This document shows, piece by piece, positions 33,845 to 38,835 of a stretch of 38,835 bases of DNA; the stretch's first letter is position 1, and the number at the start of each line of letters is the position of its first letter. Origin of the DNA: a virus. Its lineage: Duplodnaviria > Caudoviricetes. Under the pieces are notes generated by a model. That model had not been told where the DNA came from, did no database searches, and worked only from the letters and a program-made list of their open reading frames with translations. The translations under genes and the position numbers were made by a program. The stretch covers positions 1-38,835 of IMG/VR virus record IMGVR_UViG_3300012682_000010, one strand, 5' to 3'.

Positions 33845-34153
33845 CTACCGGGGGCAGACGATGGTGAGGTCTTGCTCGAAGATGTTCGTCGTCCCGGACG
33901 GTGTGAACCGGGTTGTCAGCCGGTATTCGCCTCGGGTGACGACGCCGGCCCGTATCCGCTGCTGGATCTTCGTGCCGGCGACCCCGGCGGCGTCGGCGAG
34001 GGTGACGGCGGCGCCGTCCTTGGTGAGGGCGGCGGCGGCCAGTGTCACCGTCTGCGCCCCGGTGAGGAGGGCTGCTACATCGACTCCCCAGACGATGTCC
34101 TCGGTGGAGGCTTGGGCGACGGTCGCCGGGCTGGTGCTCAGTGCTGTGCTCAT
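33845..34153 (-). CDS. Putative tail-fibre adaptor/minor tail protein
   Basis: ATG 34153; EDIVWGVDVAALL...GEYRLTTRFT...EQDLTIVC beta-sandwich pattern; last gene of the late operon. Confidence 0.55.
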   Translation of the reverse strand: MSTALSTSPATVAQASTEDIVWGVDVAALLTGAQTVTLAAAALTKDGAAVTLADAAGVAGTKIQQRIRAGVVTRGEYRLTTRFTPSGTTNIFEQDLTIVCPR

Positions 34154-34539
34154 CGGTCGGCCTCCACTGTGATGGTGCGGTCGGTGGCAGCCGACCCCGG
34201 TCGGGTCTTCGTCGTGGTGCCGGTGACTCGGCCGGCTGATGTTGTGCCCAACGGCCGGGTGCGGGCCGCCGGTGCTGCCTGTGCGGCAGCTGCGACAGTC
34301 ACGAGGCGGGCGTCTGCGGCAGTGGTGAGCGTTCGGGACTGGGCGGCGGTGACGGTCGGCCGGGAGTCGCAGACGAGGCTGAGGGTCCTGTCGGCGGAGA
34401 CTGCGCCTACGGTCCTCGGGTCGACGGTGAGGGTGAGCGTTCGGGGTTGGGCTGCGACTGCCCGGAAGATCGTGACCGGCCCGGCCGGTGTGCCGCCCCA
34501 CCCGGCCAGCCAGTGTGAGACGGTCGCCCACCCGGCCAC
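34150..34539 (-). CDS. Putative virion protein with RT-hydrophobic repeats of roughly 9-aa period
   Basis: Start re-called to GTG 34539; PRTLTL, PRTVGA, DRTLSL, SRTLTT, DRTITV. Confidence 0.5.
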   Translation of the reverse strand: MAGWATVSHWLAGWGGTPAGPVTIFRAVAAQPRTLTLTVDPRTVGAVSADRTLSLVCDSRPTVTAAQSRTLTTAADARLVTVAAAAQAAPAARTRPLGTTSAGRVTGTTTKTRPGSAATDRTITVEADR

Positions 34540-34549
34540 AGTTAGCCGG

Positions 34550-34933
34550 TCACGAGTTGTCGGCCACCTGGTAGCGGACGCCGACGGTAAATGTGTCTCC
34601 GGCCTGCACGCCGATGCCGGCGGTGCGGACCGAGCGGGAGATGACGTCGGTGCGGGTCGCACCTTTCAGCATTCCGATGGTGCGGATGCTGAGGCCGGTG
34701 AACTCGGTGGTCCCGTTGACGCTCATCGCGCAGTCGAGCGTGTCGAAGGCGACCACGGTGAACGTGGCCGTCTTGATGAGGTTCGTGCCGGCGGTCGGGT
34801 CGATGGCGGTCTGCGCGGCGGCGAAGGCGTCGGACGCGGTGGAGATGCCAACGTGGGTGACCGCGTTGCCGGCCACACCTCGGATGGCGTCCCGCAGGTT
34901 CGTCTTGCCGATGTCGAGAATGGCCGCGGGCAT
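34550..34933 (-). CDS. Putative minor tail/structural protein
   Basis: GGAG RBS; VTHVGIST...IRTIGM...GDTFTVGVRYQV beta-rich pattern of tail-fibre N-terminal-like domains. Confidence 0.6.
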   Translation of the reverse strand: MPAAILDIGKTNLRDAIRGVAGNAVTHVGISTASDAFAAAQTAIDPTAGTNLIKTATFTVVAFDTLDCAMSVNGTTEFTGLSIRTIGMLKGATRTDVISRSVRTAGIGVQAGDTFTVGVRYQVADNS

Positions 34934-34943
34934 TTGGCTGCTC

Positions 34944-35768
34944 CTATGGGGTCATGGTGTGGGCGGCTGTGACTGTTACTTCGATGGCGTCGCATGCGAC
35001 GTTCTCTGCGGCTGAGGCGGCGAAGAACGACGCGACGAACCGGGTCCGCAAGGCGGCGATCTTGCCCCAGTCTCCGGCGACGGCGGCGGTGATGTCGAAC
35101 ACCTGGGGGGTTCCGATGACCCGGCCGGGGGCGAGGTTACCGAGGGCGGTGAACGTCGCCCCGCCGTCCAACGAGTACGACAGGGCGGCGGTCGTGAGAG
35201 CCAGCGTGAGCGACGTGCCCACGTAGAACGAGAGGGTGACCTGGGTGATCGTCAGGTCGGCCCGGTTCGCCTGTCCGGGGTAGGACAGGACGAGTGTGGC
35301 TACGTGTCCGAGGGCGTTGCCGCCGGCCGCCGCGCTCGCCCCGCTGGCTCGGCCGTCTGTGCCGTCAATGCTGTTCGCCGGGGTGACCCACCCGGTCGAG
35401 GTGACCACCACACTCCCGCCCCGCCGGTGGGTCACGTCGAACTGGATTCGGGTCACCTTCGCCGCCGGCACCTCGGGGGCGGAACTGCCCGCCAGGTTGT
35501 AGACGGACCGCAGGGCCAGCGCTGGGACCGTATCGACTCGTGCGGCGCCGCTGTTCACCGTGGTGAGGGCGAGAGCGGGTGTCTGCCGGGTGAGGAGTGT
35601 GGCCCGTGCGGCGTCGAGGGTTACGCCGGGCACGGCGACCGGCTTCGCAGCGGTCCCGCTGTTGACGGTGGTGAGGGTTAGCGCCGGCTTCTGAGAGGCG
35701 AGGAAGTTGGCGGCCCCGCTGACCACCGCAGCAGCCGCCCGCCTCACCGTGACCGGAAAGATCCTCAC
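34944..35768 (-). CDS. Putative virion structural/carbohydrate-binding protein
   Basis: Thr/Ala-rich with duplicated PAL(T/A)LTTVNSG; YSLDGGATF Asp-box-like motif. Confidence 0.55.
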   Translation of the reverse strand: MRIFPVTVRRAAAAVVSGAANFLASQKPALTLTTVNSGTAAKPVAVPGVTLDAARATLLTRQTPALALTTVNSGAARVDTVPALALRSVYNLAGSSAPEVPAAKVTRIQFDVTHRRGGSVVVTSTGWVTPANSIDGTDGRASGASAAAGGNALGHVATLVLSYPGQANRADLTITQVTLSFYVGTSLTLALTTAALSYSLDGGATFTALGNLAPGRVIGTPQVFDITAAVAGDWGKIAALRTRFVASFFAASAAENVACDAIEVTVTAAHTMTP

Positions 35769-36352
35769 GCCCTGGACGACCCGGCGACGCTGACGACCAT
35801 GCCAGCGGGGGCGAACACGCGCACGACGGTCGCCACGACCGCCAGGTAGGTGGGGGCGTCGTCGGGGCAGCGGAACCCCTGGGTGGCCGACGGTGTGCCG
35901 CCGAACGGGTCGGCACGGGCCACCTGGCTGGCGCCGACCGCGTGGACGACGATCAGGTTGCGGGGGGCTGAGAACGTGAACGTGAGGACGGCCCCGGCCC
36001 CGGTCTGGTCAGGCAGGCACTCACCGCCCTGGAAGTCGTCGGCCACCCCAACCTTGGCCGCCCGTAGTTGGGCGTCGGTGAGCGGCCCGGTGACGGCCAC
36101 GGTGGCCAGGGCGGCCAGCACTGCGGCCAGGGTGGTCTGGCTGGCCAGGGTGGTGAGCAGGCTCGTCAGTTGGCCGTTGACGTCGAGCGCCACCGGCAGG
36201 CCCGACCCGACCACAACCAACGTCCCGTCGGGGTGGGCGAGACTGTCGACCTCCTGATGCGTGTCGGCCGGCTGCGCCGCCCCCCCGGTGAGGGTCCGCA
36301 GCTTCTTGCCGCCCGCCTCGTCGGGGGGGAGCCCTATCGAGCCTTCAGCCAC
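35765..36352 (-). CDS. Putative virion structural protein
   Basis: GAAGGAG RBS; LPPDEAGGKKLRT...HQEV N-terminal motif; VTGPLTDAQLRA. Confidence 0.55.
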   Translation of the reverse strand: MAEGSIGLPPDEAGGKKLRTLTGGAAQPADTHQEVDSLAHPDGTLVVVGSGLPVALDVNGQLTSLLTTLASQTTLAAVLAALATVAVTGPLTDAQLRAAKVGVADDFQGGECLPDQTGAGAVLTFTFSAPRNLIVVHAVGASQVARADPFGGTPSATQGFRCPDDAPTYLAVVATVVRVFAPAGMVVSVAGSSRA

Positions 36353-36377
36353 GGCACTCCTTCGATGGGATCGGCGG

Positions 36378-37028
36378 TCATCCGCGGGCCAGGGTCAGGG
36401 CGACGCTGACCATCGCCGAGAACATGGCGAGCAGCACGCCGACGACGACGGCGGCGCGCTGCTTGGCGGCGTCCTTCCGGTCGGCCTCCTGCCGCTCCAC
36501 GAACCGTTGGAAACCGACGACGGTCAGCGAATCCTTCGCCTGAAGGTCGAGGGCGGCGATCCGCTCGGTGAGCGCGACGACCCTGACGGACAGAGCGTTG
36601 ATCTCGGCCGTCGCCTCGGTTCGGGACACAAAGGTGGTGGCCTGGTCGGCCAGCTGGGAGCGGAACGCGTTCACACTGCTAAACCGTGCCTCGGTCGCCG
36701 CATCGGACTTCCCGATGGCCTTCTCCCCCGCTATCCGTAAGGCGTCGGCTTCCCGCCGCAGCGACTCAACCCGTTCCCTCTGGAGGAGTTCGTTGGCTTT
36801 CAGCTCGGCGAGCGCCAGGAACTGCTGCGCCGCCTGGTCCCGCACCTCGTCCGTCTCACGGCGCAACTGCTGGACACGCTCAACCTGCAGGCGTTCGACA
36901 GCGGTGACCTCGACCTTGGTCTGCTCGGTGCGGAGCTTGATGGCTTCTTCTTGCGCCTCGAACCGCTGTTCGTACCGGCGGTCGACGTCGGCGAGCAGCT
37001 TGCTTAGGACGTCAAGGTCGACCGTCAC
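36378..37028 (-). CDS. Coiled-coil protein with a C-terminal TM helix (lysis accessory/holin candidate)
   Basis: GTG 37028 overlaps the lysin stop; long heptad-rich region and AAVVVGVLLAMFSAMVSVALTL. Confidence 0.6.
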   Translation of the reverse strand: MTVDLDVLSKLLADVDRRYEQRFEAQEEAIKLRTEQTKVEVTAVERLQVERVQQLRRETDEVRDQAAQQFLALAELKANELLQRERVESLRREADALRIAGEKAIGKSDAATEARFSSVNAFRSQLADQATTFVSRTEATAEINALSVRVVALTERIAALDLQAKDSLTVVGFQRFVERQEADRKDAAKQRAAVVVGVLLAMFSAMVSVALTLARG

Positions 37029-38377
37029 CCGGCCGCCGGCCACGCCTCGGCCCACGCACCCCAGGCGGCACCGTCCCAGGACCGCCGCCACATCTCCCCG
37101 TCGGCACCGACCGCGACCACGTCGACCCGCCCGCCGGACCGGGCGGCAGCACCCGGCGCGCCGGACAGCAGGCCGCCCAGGCGGTCCCAGGTCCACGCCC
37201 GGCCGTCCCACGCCGCCCGCCACAGTTGGCGGTCCTCACCTCGGGCGAACACGTCGAGCCGGTCGGGTGCGGTCGACACGGCCGCCGGTGCCGACGTGAT
37301 AGCGCCTCCGAGCGTCTGCCAACCCGACCACGACTTCCCGTCCCACCACACATGCCACAGGGCGGAGTCCGCGCCCCGGGTGAACACGTCGACCCGGTTC
37401 GGCCCCCACGACACGGCGGCCGGCGCCGATCCGAGCTGCCCGCCCAGGCTGGCCCACGCCCCCCACTGCTCACCGGTCCACGGCCGATGCCACAGGCCGG
37501 CGCCGTCACCGCGGCAGAACACGTCGAGCCGGTCGGGACCCCATGAGGCGACCGCCGGCGACGAGGTGACCTGGCCGGCGAGGCTCTCCCAGCCGGCCCA
37601 CGTCGCGCCGTCCGCCCAGCGGTGCCAGAGGGCGCCGTCGGCGCCTCGGGCGAACACGTCCAGCCGGTTGCCACCCCAGGACACCGCAGCCGGCTCCGAC
37701 GTCACCGTCCCCCCCAGGTCATCCCAGCCGGCGCCGTCGGCCGCACGGGCCCGTAGCGCCCCGTCGTCGGCCCGGGTCAGCACGGTCAGCAGATCACCAC
37801 GAGCGGCGACAGCCGGCCCCGACGGGGCCAACGGCAGGACGGCGGCGACCGGCTTGGCCATGACCCCGGCCACCCGGCGGCGGAAGGCGGACATGTCGAA
37901 GTTCGGGTCCGGCTTCCGACCCCGAGGAAGGGCGAACTCCTTGTGACCGCACGCCCACGAGGAATCCCGGCCGATGCGGCGCAGGATGGCGGCCACCCCC
38001 CGGGCGTAGGCGTCCACCTGCACAGCCGGCCACGACGCCGTCCCCGTCGCCTCCGCCTCAATGCCAAGGAACCGGCCGTTCCCGTCCGTGACCCCGTTCC
38101 AGTTGCCGGCGCCGGCATGGTTCGCCCGGCCGGACGCCACCACGTAGAACGTCCCGTCCCGGCCCAACACCAGCTGCGACAGCGGGCCGGCCAGATCGGA
38201 GCGGCCGTAGGTGACGATGTTCAGGCTCGGGGCGTTACCGGCGGCGGGGCCCGCCGTGTGGTGGCAGACGACTCCCTGCACGGCCGTCATCTCCCGGCCA
38301 CGGGTTGGCCACCCCGGCTGTTCAGCGACCCGCAGGCCGGCGGCTCGCAGCACCACGGCCAGCCAATCGGCCCTCAT
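37025..38377 (-). CDS. Endolysin: Amidase_2 domain plus a six-repeat PLL/fucose-lectin-like beta-propeller
   Basis: VCHHTAG, ANHAG, LGIEAE, GHKE..PRGRKPDP; six repeats of PA.vSWG.nRlDVF.RG.D.aLWH..W.G..W..W.sLGG. Confidence 0.92.
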   Translation of the reverse strand: MRADWLAVVLRAAGLRVAEQPGWPTRGREMTAVQGVVCHHTAGPAAGNAPSLNIVTYGRSDLAGPLSQLVLGRDGTFYVVASGRANHAGAGNWNGVTDGNGRFLGIEAEATGTASWPAVQVDAYARGVAAILRRIGRDSSWACGHKEFALPRGRKPDPNFDMSAFRRRVAGVMAKPVAAVLPLAPSGPAVAARGDLLTVLTRADDGALRARAADGAGWDDLGGTVTSEPAAVSWGGNRLDVFARGADGALWHRWADGATWAGWESLAGQVTSSPAVASWGPDRLDVFCRGDGAGLWHRPWTGEQWGAWASLGGQLGSAPAAVSWGPNRVDVFTRGADSALWHVWWDGKSWSGWQTLGGAITSAPAAVSTAPDRLDVFARGEDRQLWRAAWDGRAWTWDRLGGLLSGAPGAAARSGGRVDVVAVGADGEMWRRSWDGAAWGAWAEAWPAAG

Positions 38378-38514
38378 GTCGGCACCGGCAGGTCGTCGTC
38401 AGGGGTGGCCTCGCCGTCGTCGAGCACCACGTCGCAGGCGTCCAGCTCGGCCTCAAGCTCACGGCGGATCTTCTCCGGCATCTCGCTCTGGGACGCGTGG
38501 GGGTCGGTGCTCAT
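38374..38514 (-). CDS. Small acidic protein upstream of the lysin (46 aa)
   Basis: ATG 38514 after AGGAGG; ATGA overlap with the lysin. Confidence 0.65.
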   Translation of the reverse strand: MSTDPHASQSEMPEKIRRELEAELDACDVVLDDGEATPDDDLPVPT

Positions 38515-38603
38515 GGTGCCTCCTGTGGTTGATGGGCCGGGTCGGTTTTGAGCGGCGGCCATGGAACGCGCCGGCCACGTAAGACAGGCAGCGCCTTCGT
38601 CTC

Positions 38604-38835
38604 CTAGGCCGCCGTTCCATTGGCGTCACGCCAGACCGTGCCGTCCGACCAAAGCGGCTTCGCTAACGTCGTATCGAAGTAGACCTCTCCGATTCTGACG
38701 CCGGTGGCCGCAGGGCGCCCGGCGGTAAGTCCCTTCCCGGCGCCGCCGAGGCTTATGAGGTTCGAGGAGTTCGTCCACGTCACACCCGTGCCGGCGTTCA
38801 TCCCAATCGCCTGCGCCTCGGCGCCGTTCAGTTGC
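38604..38835 (-). CDS. Tailspike/tail-fibre protein, C-terminal part (runs off the window edge)
   Basis: Frame open to the edge (QLNGAEAQAIGMNAG...); ends TAGRPAA...GEVYFDTTLAKPLWSDGTVWRDANG, a common tail-fibre/tailspike C-terminal motif. Confidence 0.75.
   Translation of the reverse strand, partial: QLNGAEAQAIGMNAGTGVTWTNSSNLISLGGAGKGLTAGRPAATGVRIGEVYFDTTLAKPLWSDGTVWRDANGTAA

Noticed and set aside
1-38835. Terminal repeats, att sites, integrase, tRNA genes
   Set aside because: The two ends share no sequence, and no recombinase motifs or tRNA cloverleaf were recognised by eye. A tRNAscan/Infernal run would be needed to exclude RNA genes.

Overview
The window is an almost complete genome of a high-GC (roughly 70% by eye) actinobacterial siphovirus, with nearly all genes on the minus strand and coupled by ATGA/GTGA overlaps. 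The WhiB gene points to an Actinomycetota host. The contig is opened inside a tailspike-like gene: an N-terminus at 1-369 and a tail-fibre-type C-terminus at 38604-38835. In transcription order it holds (i) an early region from about 33.4 kb down to 16.4 kb: HTH, YqaJ exonuclease, minimal nucleotidyltransferase, RHH, RecT, XF1762/Mom-like protein, TrmB-type wHTH, a small beta protein followed by a (Gly-Tyr/Asp/Asn)55 repeat protein, an FtsK/TraB-type translocase, three DNA methyltransferase genes, RuvC, WhiB, DnaB and a replication initiator; (ii) a promoter-bearing two-gene cassette; (iii) HNH, terminase, portal, head and tail genes; and (iv) a lysis cassette plus a post-lysis structural module. 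I see no integrase, ParAB, intact repressor, tRNA or CRISPR array. The most striking features are the 333-bp GGA-[T/G/A]AC hexamer array and its coupled partner gene, a conjugative-element-type translocase inside a tailed phage, an in-frame amber codon in the portal, several frameshift or truncation scars, an HNH remnant with an inverted core, and a possible stump of a deleted repressor. Family assignments come from recognising motifs, not from database searches. Many start codons were re-called by eye from RBS and overlap evidence.
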